Position numbers and translations under genes: made by a program
From: Rhodothermia bacterium
Lineage (GTDB): Bacteria > Bacteroidota > Rhodothermia > Rhodothermales > JABDKH01
Direction: 5' to 3'
Length of the DNA: 29,226 nucleotides
Assembly (NCBI GenBank): GCA_030431165.1
Contig: JAUIJQ010000001.1
Location: forward strand, 1 to 29,226
Notes under the pieces: model-generated
What the model was told of the DNA's origin: nothing
Seen by the model: the letters and a program-made list of their open reading frames with translations, nothing else
The model's database searches: none
Shown here: positions 16,572 through 25,992 of the stretch, piece by piece
Position numbering within the stretch: the stretch's first letter is position 1
How the letters are laid out: every line of letters starts with the position of its first letter

Positions 16572-16616
16572 GTATCCACAATCAGGTCACAAAGACTCAC
16601 CCGAGCCTGTGGACAA
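16572..16616. promoter_or_regulatory. Two DnaA-box-like 9-mers upstream of udg-dnaB
   Basis: GTATCCACA (16572-16580, +) and TTGTCCACA (16616-16608, -), each 8/9 to TTATCCACA. Confidence 0.3.
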
Positions 16617-17850
16617 CTCGATCGAGTATTTCGTGAGCAACGCGGGCCTTTGGCATAACCGGCAACTCATCTTCTGATCCGGTCCGGTCAAGAATCGCTA
16701 CGCGGTTTGTGTCACCGCCGAACTGCGCCCCTTCGTTTGTCGGATTGTTGACGACAATCATGTCGACGTTCTTCTTCTCAAGCTTCTGCCGCGCGTATGC
16801 AAGCTCGTCGCTGGTTTCAAGCGCAAATCCGACCAACACCTGACCACTCCGACGGCGCTCGCCGAGGTACGCAAGGATGTCGTCTGTTCGCTCGAGGGCC
16901 AGCGAAGCTGGTCCGTCGGTTTTCTTGATCTTCTTGTCGGATGGCGTTGCCGGCCGATAGTCCGCAACGGCGGCGGCCATCACGATCACATCCGCGTCCT
17001 GTTCCTGTTTGACGGAGTCAAACATTTCAGCCGCTGACTGCACCTTCACGACAGCGACGCCCGCTGGCGGATCAATGTTCGTTGGCCCCGACACGAGGGT
17101 CACGTTGGCACCGCGGTCGTGGGCGGCCTGCGCAATGGCATACCCCATCTTGCCGGACGAATGATTTGTGATGTACCGAACCGGGTCGATCAGCTCCCTC
17201 GTTGGTCCGGCCGTTACGAGTACCCGCCGCCCGCCGAGATCACCTTTTCTGCGGGCTGATTCATCGATTGCTGAGGCAATCCGTTCGAGTATCGCTTCAG
17301 GCTCGGGCAGGCGCCCCTCCCCGATCAGTCCTGACGCCAGTTCGCCGTGATCCGGCGGCATGACAATACCGCCGCGAGTGCGGAGGATCTCAAGATTTGC
17401 CTGCGTCGCGGGATGCACGTACATGTCGTGATCCATCGCGGGGCAGACGAGGAGCGGGCATCGGGCGGCGAGCGCTACCGCCGTCAGCATGTTTTCGCAG
17501 AATCCGTGCGCGAGGCGGGCGATGCTTTGCGCGGTGGCCGGCGCAACCACGAGCAGGTCAGCCCACAGCCCCAGTTCGATGTGCCTCGTCCAGCTTCCGC
17601 CCCCTGCACCCGCACCGTCGGGGAAGATGTCGGTGAGCACGTCCCGCTCCGACACGGTGCCAAGCGTCAACGGTGTCACAAATCGCGCGGCATCCCGCGT
17701 CATCACAACCTGAACGTCGACTTGCGCCTTGCGAAGGAGTCTTACGAGCAGCGGCGTTTTGTACGCAGCGATTCCGCCCGTGACGCCGAGGACAATGCGG
17801 CGGCCACGTAGCGTGCGGTTTACGTCCAAGCTTTGATGATCGCCGGTCAC
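16597..17850 (-). CDS. coaBC: Bifunctional phosphopantothenoylcysteine decarboxylase/ligase
   Basis: LGVTGGIAAYK, APATAQSIARLAHG, PAMDHDMY, GRLPEP, VTAGPTRE, NHSSGKMG, AAVADY, GFALET. GTG start. Confidence 0.97.
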   Translation of the reverse strand: MTGDHQSLDVNRTLRGRRIVLGVTGGIAAYKTPLLVRLLRKAQVDVQVVMTRDAARFVTPLTLGTVSERDVLTDIFPDGAGAGGGSWTRHIELGLWADLLVVAPATAQSIARLAHGFCENMLTAVALAARCPLLVCPAMDHDMYVHPATQANLEILRTRGGIVMPPDHGELASGLIGEGRLPEPEAILERIASAIDESARRKGDLGGRRVLVTAGPTRELIDPVRYITNHSSGKMGYAIAQAAHDRGANVTLVSGPTNIDPPAGVAVVKVQSAAEMFDSVKQEQDADVIVMAAAVADYRPATPSDKKIKKTDGPASLALERTDDILAYLGERRRSGQVLVGFALETSDELAYARQKLEKKNVDMIVVNNPTNEGAQFGGDTNRVAILDRTGSEDELPVMPKARVAHEILDRVVHRLG

Positions 17851-17880
17851 GCCTTCAGAGGGAGAGTGTCGTAGTGTGTC

Positions 17881-18471
17881 CTATTCGCTGTGTACGCGCC
17901 CGAGGAACCGTGCAACAAGGCTGATCGCCTCGTCTGTCGCCCGCTCAACGTCGTCGTTTACTACAACGCAGTCAAACTTGTCTTCGTACGTCATTTCAAC
18001 ACGGGCCCGTTTCAGGCGCGTGGCCACCGCGTCAGTGGACTCGGTGCCCCGCCCGGTAAGTCGAAGCTCAAGCTCCTTGAACGACGGCGGCGCAATGAAG
18101 ATCGCAAGTGCCTCGTCGCCGAAGATCTCTTTGACTCGAAGTGCGCCCCTCACATCAATGTCGAGCAGAACCGGATTCTCGGGTGTCGCGTCGTCAACCT
18201 CATCGACCATCGTTCCGTATAGCAGGCCCGGGTACACTTCTTCGAACTCGATGAAGCGGCCCGCGCGCACCGCCTGGTCAAACGCCGTGGCAGAGATGAA
18301 GTGGTAGTGGACCCCGTCGGTCTCAGCGGGGCGCGGCCCACGCGTGGTTGCCGAAACCGAGAACCGGATGTTCGGCATGATGCGAAGAATGCGCCGCGCG
18401 ATCGTGGACTTGCCCGCACCCGACGGCGCGGTAAGAACAACAATTCTCGGTGGTGGGCCGGCAGTGCTCAC
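17881..18471 (-). CDS. gmk: Guanylate kinase
   Basis: APSGAGKST P-loop, SVSATTRGPR, DGVHYHF, YGT, LDIDVRG, RGTE. Confidence 0.97.
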   Translation of the reverse strand: MSTAGPPPRIVVLTAPSGAGKSTIARRILRIMPNIRFSVSATTRGPRPAETDGVHYHFISATAFDQAVRAGRFIEFEEVYPGLLYGTMVDEVDDATPENPVLLDIDVRGALRVKEIFGDEALAIFIAPPSFKELELRLTGRGTESTDAVATRLKRARVEMTYEDKFDCVVVNDDVERATDEAISLVARFLGRVHSE

Positions 18472-19349
18472 TACTCTACGTTCTCGACCTGCTCCCGGAT
18501 CTTCTCGAGCGCCTCCTTCATCGTCACAACCGACCGGGTCACGTCAGCGTCATTAGCCTTCGAACCGACCGTGTTGACCTCCCGATTCATCTCCTGGTAA
18601 AGGAAGTTGAGCTTTCGTCCGGTTGGCTTCTTGGACGTGAGTGCCTCACGAAACTGACTGATGTGTGAGCGCAGTCGCACAAGTTCTTCGGTAATCTCAA
18701 GCTTGTCTGCGATCAGGACCAGCTCGAGCTCGAGTCTATCCTGATTGATCCGTTCATCCGACAGTACCTCAGCCAGCCTGTCGCGAAGTCGCTGCCGGGC
18801 TTCGTCTACGCGTACGGGAGCGCGATCCTCGACGATTGCGACCTGTCTTTCGATCTCCGAAACGCGCTGCTCGAGTTCGCGACCAAGGGCGTCACCCTCG
18901 CGGCCGCGCATTTCTTCAAGCCCGTCAATGGCAGCAGCAAGCGCTGCCTGTACGACGCGCCAGACATCGTCGGAGGAGCCCGAGTCATCTTCAGTAACAA
19001 TCACCCCCGGAAGGTTCAGCAGGTGCTCCAGCTTCGGCCGGTCATTGATGCCCGCTGCTTTCCGGAGATCCTTGAGTAGCCGGGTGTAGCGCTTGGCGAC
19101 GGCGGGATTGATCGAAACGTTCGAGCCCGTGCTGGCAGGGTGATCGATCTGGATCTGGGCCGTAATCCGGCCCCGCGCAAAACGCTTCTTTATGAGGTTC
19201 GTTATGTCGGTCTCCCATCGCGAGAGATCGCGGGGGCCGCGAACGACAACCTCACAGAACCGGTTGTTGACCGATCGCAGCTCGACGGTGGCCGCGAGCC
19301 CATCCAGCTCCGCGGTTGCCCGTCCAAACCCGGTCATGCTGAAGAGCAT
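18471..19349 (-). CDS. yicC: YicC/YloC family endoribonuclease
   Basis: SMTGFGR, RSVNNRF, DKLEITEELVRLRSH, GRKLNFLYQEMNREVNTVGSK, EKIREQVENVE. Confidence 0.95.
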   Translation of the reverse strand: MLFSMTGFGRATAELDGLAATVELRSVNNRFCEVVVRGPRDLSRWETDITNLIKKRFARGRITAQIQIDHPASTGSNVSINPAVAKRYTRLLKDLRKAAGINDRPKLEHLLNLPGVIVTEDDSGSSDDVWRVVQAALAAAIDGLEEMRGREGDALGRELEQRVSEIERQVAIVEDRAPVRVDEARQRLRDRLAEVLSDERINQDRLELELVLIADKLEITEELVRLRSHISQFREALTSKKPTGRKLNFLYQEMNREVNTVGSKANDADVTRSVVTMKEALEKIREQVENVE

Positions 19350-19393
19350 AGCAGCAGAATCCGCAGGGCGGAATTACGAGGCAGTTGCGTTTT

Positions 19394-19483
<90 letters not shown>

Positions 19484-19495
19484 CTGGTTGGAGGC

Positions 19496-20065
19496 CTAGA
19501 CCTCCATGATCTCTGCTTCTTTCATCTGAAGCAGCTTGTCGATCTTCTCGATGTGGGCGTCGGTGATCTTCTGAACCGATTCCTCAGCCTCGTACCGCAT
19601 GTCCTCGGGCAGGTTTTCCTCGCTCTGCAGCGACTTCACCTCTTCCTTGGCGTGCCTTCGAATATTGCGGATAGCGACCTTTGCCTCTTCGCCGCGTGCC
19701 TTTGCCGTCTTGACAAGATCAAGGCGCCGCTCTTCGGACAGCGGCGGCACCGGTACGCGTACAACCACCCCGTCGTTTGACGGATTCAACCCCATGCTCG
19801 CCGTCATGATCGCTTTTTCGATAGCCCCGAGCGAAGACGCATCCCAGGCCTGGACGACGATAAGATCCGGCTGCGGCGCTGAAATCGACGCGACCTGATT
19901 AAGCGGCATTTGCGAACCGTACACTTCAACGCGCACGTTCTCGATCATCGCAGGCGTGGCACGACCCGCTCGCACCGAGTGCAGCTCGGTTACGAGGTGC
20001 TGGTAGGCCTTGTCCATCGTTGCGCTGGACTCGCTGATGATTTTCTTCAGGTGCTCGTGTAGCAT
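19496..20065 (-). CDS. frr: Ribosome recycling factor
   Basis: VRAGRATP, VYGSQMPLNQVA, NPSNDG, PPLSEERR, RNIRR, KEAEIMEV. Confidence 0.98.
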   Translation of the reverse strand: MLHEHLKKIISESSATMDKAYQHLVTELHSVRAGRATPAMIENVRVEVYGSQMPLNQVASISAPQPDLIVVQAWDASSLGAIEKAIMTASMGLNPSNDGVVVRVPVPPLSEERRLDLVKTAKARGEEAKVAIRNIRRHAKEEVKSLQSEENLPEDMRYEAEESVQKITDAHIEKIDKLLQMKEAEIMEV

Positions 20066-20871
20066 CAGTTTTCCTCTGTAGACCAGTAAACGAGGGTCCC
20101 GACGGGCTCACCTTCGACGACGCGTCTCAGGTTGCCCGGAGCATTCATGTTGAACACGATAATGGGCTTGCGGGATTCCCCGCAGAGCGTAAAAGCCGTT
20201 CGATCCATGACCTTCAGTTCGCGACGTAGAACCTCGTCTCCATCGATCGAGGTGAAACGCTCGGCGTCGGGGTATTTCTCGGGGTCCTGCGAATAGATCC
20301 CGTCAACGCGCGTGCCCTTCAGGATAACTTCGGCGTCGATTTCGAGTGCGCGCAGGGCTGCCGCCGTGTCGGTTGTGAAGTAGGGATTACCGGTGCCGGC
20401 ACCAAAGATGACAATCCGCCCCTTTTCGAGGTGGCGGATGGCGCGACGCCTGATAAACGGCTCCGCGATCTCCTCCATCTTGATCGGCGACTGAAGGCGC
20501 GAAAACATGCCCGCCTGCTCAAGCGCATCCTGCAGCGCCATGGCATTTATCATGGTCGCCAACATGCCCATATAGTCGGCGTGGGCCCGGGTCATCCCGT
20601 TCGTGGCGTTCTGTACACCGCGAAAGATGTTGCCTCCACCGATGACGATGGCAACCTCGGTGCCGTACGTCTCGACTACCGACTTGATTTCATCGGCGTA
20701 CTGGGCCAGAACGACATTGTCGATTCCGTAAGGCTTGTCCCCGAGCAGTGCCTCGCCCGACAGCTTCAGCAGTACGCGTCGGTACTTCGGTCCAGCACCA
20801 TCGCTGCCGCCTCTGGGACTATCCTGTGGGCGTGCGACGACGGTCTCGTCAGGCGTGTCCGTTCCGGGCAT
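20065..20871 (-). CDS. pyrH: UMP kinase
   Basis: [43 protein letters not shown]. Confidence 0.98.
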   Translation of the reverse strand: MPGTDTPDETVVARPQDSPRGGSDGAGPKYRRVLLKLSGEALLGDKPYGIDNVVLAQYADEIKSVVETYGTEVAIVIGGGNIFRGVQNATNGMTRAHADYMGMLATMINAMALQDALEQAGMFSRLQSPIKMEEIAEPFIRRRAIRHLEKGRIVIFGAGTGNPYFTTDTAAALRALEIDAEVILKGTRVDGIYSQDPEKYPDAERFTSIDGDEVLRRELKVMDRTAFTLCGESRKPIIVFNMNAPGNLRRVVEGEPVGTLVYWSTEEN

Positions 20872-20938
20872 GACGGCGGGTATGGAGACGTGAAAACGAC
20901 AATTTTGCGAACGAGCAAACTACTGTCCGCCGCGCACT

Positions 20939-20971
20939 AAAAAAAAGGGGCTCCATTTCTGGAGCCCCTTT
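20939..20971 (-). terminator. Intrinsic terminator downstream of tsf
   Basis: Minus strand AAAGGGGCTCCA-GAAA-TGGAGCCCC followed by an 8-T run. Confidence 0.9.
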
Positions 20972-20987
20972 GGGCTACGCTCAGAAT

Positions 20988-21830
20988 CTAGTCGCCCAGG
21001 GCAAAGCGGACGTAGCTGCTTACGCCGACGCCCGCGTTGTCCAGCAGTTCACGGACGCGCACCGAGGCGTCTTTCACAAACGGCTGCTCAAGCAGCACGT
21101 TGTCTTTGTAGTATCGCTCCAGTTTGCCGGTGGCGATCTTGTCGAGGATCTGGTCGGGCTTGCCCTCTGATCGCGCCACTTCGCGCGCGATCTCCATTTC
21201 CTTCTCCTTGACGTCTGACGGCACTTCGTCGCGTGAGAGTGCAACAGGGTTCAGTGCGGCAACCTGCATTGCAACATCGCGCCCAACCGATTCACGCTCA
21301 CCATCACCGGTTACCTCAACGATAACGCCGAGGCGAGCACCGGGGTGGATGTACGCAACGGCCTGGCCCGAGGCTGACTCAACCAGTGCTACGCGGCGGA
21401 TGTCGATCTTCTCACCGATCTTGCCCGTCATTACTTCCACGGCTTCAGCAACGGTGCCGCCTTCGAAAGGAAGGGCGAGCAGCGCATCACGATCAGCCGC
21501 GCCGTTGGCAAGCGCGAGATCCGCAATCGACTGCGCAAACGCCTGAAACTCAGCGTTGCGGGCAACAAAGTCGGTCTCGCAGTTGACTTCAACGAGGACG
21601 CTGGTGCCGAGGTCGTCGCTTGCAGCAGTTGCAATGACGCCTTCTTTGGCCTCCCTGTCAGCGCGCTTTGCAGCGACTTTCTGTCCCTTCTTGCGCAGCA
21701 GTTCTACGGCAGCTTCGAAGTCGCCGTTTGCTTCCGCAAGCGCCTTCTTACAGTCCATCATGCCGACGCCGGTTTCATCCCGGAGTCGCTTTACGTCTTT
21801 TGCCGAAATAGCCATCGCTGTTGTTGTCAT
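20988..21830 (-). CDS. tsf: Elongation factor Ts
   Basis: VKRLRDETGVGMMDCKKAL, EVNCETDFVA, IGEKI, MQVAA, LEQPFVKD. ATG 21830 has GAGGA upstream; ATG 21815 is the alternative. Confidence 0.98.
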   Translation of the reverse strand: MTTTAMAISAKDVKRLRDETGVGMMDCKKALAEANGDFEAAVELLRKKGQKVAAKRADREAKEGVIATAASDDLGTSVLVEVNCETDFVARNAEFQAFAQSIADLALANGAADRDALLALPFEGGTVAEAVEVMTGKIGEKIDIRRVALVESASGQAVAYIHPGARLGVIVEVTGDGERESVGRDVAMQVAALNPVALSRDEVPSDVKEKEMEIAREVARSEGKPDQILDKIATGKLERYYKDNVLLEQPFVKDASVRVRELLDNAGVGVSSYVRFALGD

Positions 21831-21888
21831 GGTATGTTCCTCAACGCCGATCTTCGATTCCACTTGAGTGAATCTTAAGCGCTCGACG

Positions 21889-22770
21889 TTACTCCGATTC
21901 TGCCTCGTCCCCTTCGTCGCTGCTGTCGTCAGACTCCGCAGGCTCGGCCGCTTTTTTCTTTCCTTTGGCCTTCTTCGTAGCCTGCTCCTGCGCTGCCCGC
22001 TTGGCCTTTTCGGCCTCTTCCGCAGCTTGTTGCTCGGCGCGCGCGGCCTTACCCTCACTGATCGCCGAGGCGATTACGCCGGCGACGAGGTCGATGGACT
22101 TCAGCGCGTCGTCGTTTGCGGGGACCGAGAAGTTGACCAGGTCGGGATCACAGTTCGTGTCGACCATGGCAATGATCGGGATACCAAGCTTGCGGGCTTC
22201 TTTCACCGCAATGTGCTCCCGGTTGATGTCGACGACGAACAGGGCTCCGGGCAGTCTGGGCATGTTCGAGATACCCGACAGCACCTTTTCGAGCTTCTCC
22301 CGCTCGCGGTTCTTCATGAGTCGCTCTTTCTTCTTGAGCTGGCTCATGGTGCCGTCTTCCTCCATCTTCACGAGGTCCTCCATGCGGCGGATGCTCTTGC
22401 GGATGGTCTGGAAGTTCGTCAGCGTACCGCCAAGCCAGCGCTCGACGACGTAGGGAGAATCACAGGAGCTGGCGTGTTTGCGCAGGATTTCGCGGGCCTG
22501 CTTCTTCGTGCCTGCGAAAAGAATCTTCTTGCCCTGACGAGCAAAACGCTCAGCGGCGTCAGCCGCCGCGTCCAGCATTGTCTGCGTCTGCGTGAGATCG
22601 ATGATGTGGATCCCGTTGCGCTCCATGAACACGTACGACTTCATCTTGGGATTCCACCTGCTCGTGAGGTGCCCGAAGTGTACGCCTGCCTTGAGAAGCG
22701 CCTCGACTTCTACGCGGTTCTTGCGCGGTGTCTGGCCTTTGGGGCCGGCCTGGCCCGAATCGATTTCCAT
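21889..22770 (-). CDS. rpsB: 30S ribosomal protein S2
   Basis: LLKAGVHFGH, WNPKM, GTKKQA, RWLGGTLTNF, VDTNCDP, PANDDA. Confidence 0.99.
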   Translation of the reverse strand: MEIDSGQAGPKGQTPRKNRVEVEALLKAGVHFGHLTSRWNPKMKSYVFMERNGIHIIDLTQTQTMLDAAADAAERFARQGKKILFAGTKKQAREILRKHASSCDSPYVVERWLGGTLTNFQTIRKSIRRMEDLVKMEEDGTMSQLKKKERLMKNREREKLEKVLSGISNMPRLPGALFVVDINREHIAVKEARKLGIPIIAMVDTNCDPDLVNFSVPANDDALKSIDLVAGVIASAISEGKAARAEQQAAEEAEKAKRAAQEQATKKAKGKKKAAEPAESDDSSDEGDEAESE

Positions 22771-22883
22771 GTATTTGTGGGTTGTGCCTCTACCGCCTTC
22801 CCCTGCCGACGAAGCCGATGACGATCACCGGCCACCCCGTCGCACATCCGGCGATATGAGTGATTGTAATAGTCCGGCGAGCG

Positions 22884-23279
22884 CTAGCGCTTCGAAAACT
22901 GGAATCGCTTGCGTGCCTTCGGGCGCCCGTACTTCTTGCGCTCCACCATGCGGGGGTCGCGGGTCAGCAGGCCGGCGCCACGAAGCATCGTGCGGAACTC
23001 CTCGTCAGACTGGACGAGCGCACGAGAGATACCAAGACGCGTCGCTTCTGCCTGCCCGGAGAGACCACCGCCATCAACGTTGACGAGCACGTCGAACTTG
23101 CCGACAGTCTCCGTCACGACAAACGGCCGCATGATCTGACGCCGTCGAATCTCGAGCGGGAAGTAGTCTTCGATTGGTCGCTTGTTTATCACAACCTGTC
23201 CCGATCCCGGGCGCAGATAGACACGCGAGATGGAGGTCTTGCGACGACCAATGGCTGAAAATTGAAGGGGAGCTGCCAT
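22884..23279 (-). CDS. rpsI: 30S ribosomal protein S9
   Basis: [42 protein letters not shown]. Confidence 0.99.
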   Translation of the reverse strand: MAAPLQFSAIGRRKTSISRVYLRPGSGQVVINKRPIEDYFPLEIRRRQIMRPFVVTETVGKFDVLVNVDGGGLSGQAEATRLGISRALVQSDEEFRTMLRGAGLLTRDPRMVERKKYGRPKARKRFQFSKR

Positions 23280-23302
23280 GTGTTTCGAGATTGGGTTTCG
23301 AC

Positions 23303-23749
23303 CTAGCCGAGCGTGAGCGTTTCTGGCTGCTGCGCTTCGTGCGGATGATCGGAACCGGCGTAAACCTTGAGCTTCTTGAACATTACGCGACCGAGGGCAC
23401 CCTTTGGAAGCATACCCTTGATTGCATTCTCGACAATGAACTCCGGCTTGCGAGCGCGAAGTTCTTTGGGCGACTGCTGCCGCTGCCCACCCGGATAGCC
23501 ACTGTACGAGGTGTAGCGCTTGGCTTCTTCCTTGGCACCCGTGAAACGGGCTTTCTCGGCGTTGATGACGATCACGAAGTCGCCTGTATCAACGTGCGGT
23601 GTGAAGTTGGGGCGGTGCTTGCCACGCAGGATGTGTGCGATCTGAGACGCAAGCCGACCAACGACCTGGTTCTCGGCGTCGACGACGTACCACTTCCGTT
23701 CGACATCACTGCCGCGCGCGCTGACCGTTCTGTAACTATTGACGTTCAT
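23303..23749 (-). CDS. rplM: 50S ribosomal protein L13
   Basis: [50 protein letters not shown]. Confidence 0.99.
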   Translation of the reverse strand: MNVNSYRTVSARGSDVERKWYVVDAENQVVGRLASQIAHILRGKHRPNFTPHVDTGDFVIVINAEKARFTGAKEEAKRYTSYSGYPGGQRQQSPKELRARKPEFIVENAIKGMLPKGALGRVMFKKLKVYAGSDHPHEAQQPETLTLG

Positions 23750-23845
23750 CGTAACTGGGCCCAGGCCCGGGCGGAAAATTATCCGAGTTTCTGCTCTTCG
23801 CGTCGCCGGCGAGGATCGCCCAGGACGAGACCGCGAAAGCCCATT

Positions 23846-23874
23846 AATGTACGGCGCCGGTCAACGCGGCGCAA
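23846..23874 (-). promoter_or_regulatory. Candidate sigma70-type promoter for rplM-rpsI-rpsB-tsf
   Basis: Minus strand TTGCGC (23874-23869), 17-bp spacer, TACATT (23851-23846), about 95 bp upstream of the rplM ATG. Confidence 0.3.
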
Positions 23875-24131
23875 TCCGGGAAGTGCGGTCAGCCCCAGGG
23901 AGAGAGCCAACGTGAGGCTCGCGGCGGCCAGGTAACCGACAATCGGCCACTATTGTGCCCGAGACCGTCTATTCTTAGGCAAACCTTAATTTTTTTGGCT
24001 GGGGAGTGTCACATCTGTAGGGAACGCCCCCCTATTCCCCGAGATCGGACGAGGTGCGCCCGCCGGGGTGACACAGAATGATCGTAAATCGTAATCGGTA
24101 ACCCGAACCAGTTAGCACTGCCCGCGTCGCC

Positions 24132-24932
24132 ATGATCGACGACCGCCCAGACAAGACGTTGGCCTCCCTGCTCGCGAGGCTGCCGTTCCGGCTAGACGAC
24201 CTGGAGCACGTCAATGTGCTGTTCACGGCGTCACGTGCATCGGGCGATCGCGGAATGGAAGTTCAGATCGAATTGTGGACGTACTGCTTCGTCCGTCGCT
24301 ACTTCTCGCTCAAGCTCGCGAGGGATGCCATAGCGCGGTCAAGCGACCTCGACGCCCTGATGGACCTTGCCTACAAGCGCATCCGCAAACGCACAGACAG
24401 CACGATAGAGCGCTACGGCTCGTGGGTAAGCGTCCTGTGCCGCAACACGTTCCTCAACTACGTACGGGACCGCCGAATCCACGTCTCTGATTCCGCTGTT
24501 GAACCTGCGGAGTCCCACAGCCTGCTTACGCGGTCGCGGGCCATGAACCCGGTTCTCTCGGGCAGCGAGGACCGACTCGACTGGGCGGTTGCTTTCACCG
24601 TGGTCGAGCTGGCCATTACGAGACTTCCACGTTACCTCCAGCGCGTTGCGCGACTGCGTATCCTCGACGACATGGACTACGACGGGATTGCGGTCGCGAC
24701 CGGTCGGCCCGTTGCAACCGTGCGGGCATACTACCACAAGGCCGTTGGGCGCCTCCGACGAGATCCCTCCGTACGTCGCGTCCTCGGCCGCGACAACAAC
24801 ACGCCGACCACTACGAGGACGGCACCGCCGGCAACGCCCGACTCGGGGCCGGTACCAGATTCCAGCAAGAAACAACCAAACAGCCACGGCTGCGATTCAG
24901 CGTCCTTGCGGATTGATCGCTCACGAGGGTGA
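24132..24932 (+). CDS. Divergent ECF-like sigma-70 family factor
   Basis: Region 2-like YGSWVSVLCRNTFLNYVRDRR; region 4-like LPRYLQRVARLRILDDMDYDGIAVATGRPVATVRAYYHKAVGRLR; low-complexity C-tail. Confidence 0.75.
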   Translation: MIDDRPDKTLASLLARLPFRLDDLEHVNVLFTASRASGDRGMEVQIELWTYCFVRRYFSLKLARDAIARSSDLDALMDLAYKRIRKRTDSTIERYGSWVSVLCRNTFLNYVRDRRIHVSDSAVEPAESHSLLTRSRAMNPVLSGSEDRLDWAVAFTVVELAITRLPRYLQRVARLRILDDMDYDGIAVATGRPVATVRAYYHKAVGRLRRDPSVRRVLGRDNNTPTTTRTAPPATPDSGPVPDSSKKQPNSHGCDSASLRIDRSRG

Positions 24933-24934
24933 CC

Positions 24935-25945
24935 ATGACTGACACTGCCTTTGTCGAACTGCTTGATCGACTGGCCGAAGCCGGTCCCACCGAGCTGAAC
25001 CAGATACTGGAGCAGGCACTGACGAGCCGATCCAGGCAACTGCTGTTGCAGGACGCCCTCGCATTTTACGGGCTCCTTGAAGCAGCCCGCATCCCTATTG
25101 ATCGCACCCGGGAGCGCGCCGATTGGCTCCGAGCGGTTCGCCGTGGCCAACCCGACGCCACCGGGCGGTCAGGTTGGCTTCTGCAACGTTCGCAAAGAGA
25201 CGACCCTGCCAACAAGCAGAACAAGCGGCGCGACATCGACCAACTGCGCCAGGCACTTAACGGGCTGAACGAACTGGAACAGGTACCCGATCCGGTGGAA
25301 GACTTCGTTCGTCGATCCGGGGTGTCGGCCGAAGAGTTGAACAGGCATCTGCCCCCGCGTGCTTCGAGGAACGAGGACCGTGTCGCTGAACCGAACAAGC
25401 CCCGCATGCGGAGCGTCGTCGCGGCAACTGCCGGAACGTTGACGTTGCTTGTTGCCGCATTCATCATACTTACGGCAGCGCTGTCATGGATGCCCGCATC
25501 GCCACCCTCCCCCGCCATCACGTGGGCGATGGCCGATGAGCGCATGGGGGCAAACTATGAAGGCCCGATCTATCGAGGCCTGGCCCAGCGGGCGCCGCCA
25601 GAAACCGCATACGCCGCAGCCGCAGCAGCGGGCGAGATAAAGAGCGCGTGGACGGCGCTACGGACCCACCGGCACACCTTCCTCCGTGATCAGCCCGCGT
25701 TTGACTCACGTGGGATTACTGTTGCGCGCACTCTTTTCGAACACGCGCGGCGTTACGAGGCCCTCCCGATCTCCATTCGGGGAGAAGCCGTGTATGGATT
25801 GGCGGTGACAGCGTGGATAGACGGCGACGCCGACGGTGCACGGCGTTTTCTCGCAGATAGCTCAATCGCCTTTTCCGCCGCTGCTGACCGCGGAACGGCC
25901 ATGGTACGGGCCATCTCGGGTACCCTTGATTCCGATTCCGACTAG
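24935..25945 (+). CDS. Single-pass membrane protein, putative anti-sigma factor/sensor
   Basis: About 160-aa charged N-domain, one TM (VVAATAGTLTLLVAAFIILTAALSW), helical C-domain with a TPR-like EAVYGLAVTAWIDGDADGARRFL. ATG 24935 follows GAGGG; GTG 24929 overlaps the sigma stop. Confidence 0.6.
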   Translation: MTDTAFVELLDRLAEAGPTELNQILEQALTSRSRQLLLQDALAFYGLLEAARIPIDRTRERADWLRAVRRGQPDATGRSGWLLQRSQRDDPANKQNKRRDIDQLRQALNGLNELEQVPDPVEDFVRRSGVSAEELNRHLPPRASRNEDRVAEPNKPRMRSVVAATAGTLTLLVAAFIILTAALSWMPASPPSPAITWAMADERMGANYEGPIYRGLAQRAPPETAYAAAAAAGEIKSAWTALRTHRHTFLRDQPAFDSRGITVARTLFEHARRYEALPISIRGEAVYGLAVTAWIDGDADGARRFLADSSIAFSAAADRGTAMVRAISGTLDSDSD

Positions 25946-25992
25946 AATCGCCGTTATTTGGGTGTATCCGTACCCGCTCCGACTATCTCCTC

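Noticed and set aside
20939-20946. A8 homopolymer as a phase-variation tract
   Set aside because: Explained as the U-tract of the tsf terminator.
21831-22058. N-terminal extension of EF-Ts in the ORF track
   Set aside because: Overlaps the rpsB 3' end in another frame; an SD-like GAGGA precedes ATG 21830.
21868-22821. Long antisense ORFs (also 2053-2754, 12982-13800, 23174-23935, 28406-29095)
   Set aside because: Shadows of well-supported genes in GC-rich DNA with no recognisable motifs.
23978-23985. GGCAAACC resembling part of a c-di-GMP-I riboswitch
   Set aside because: The GNRA-capped P2 stem and receptor helix are not present.
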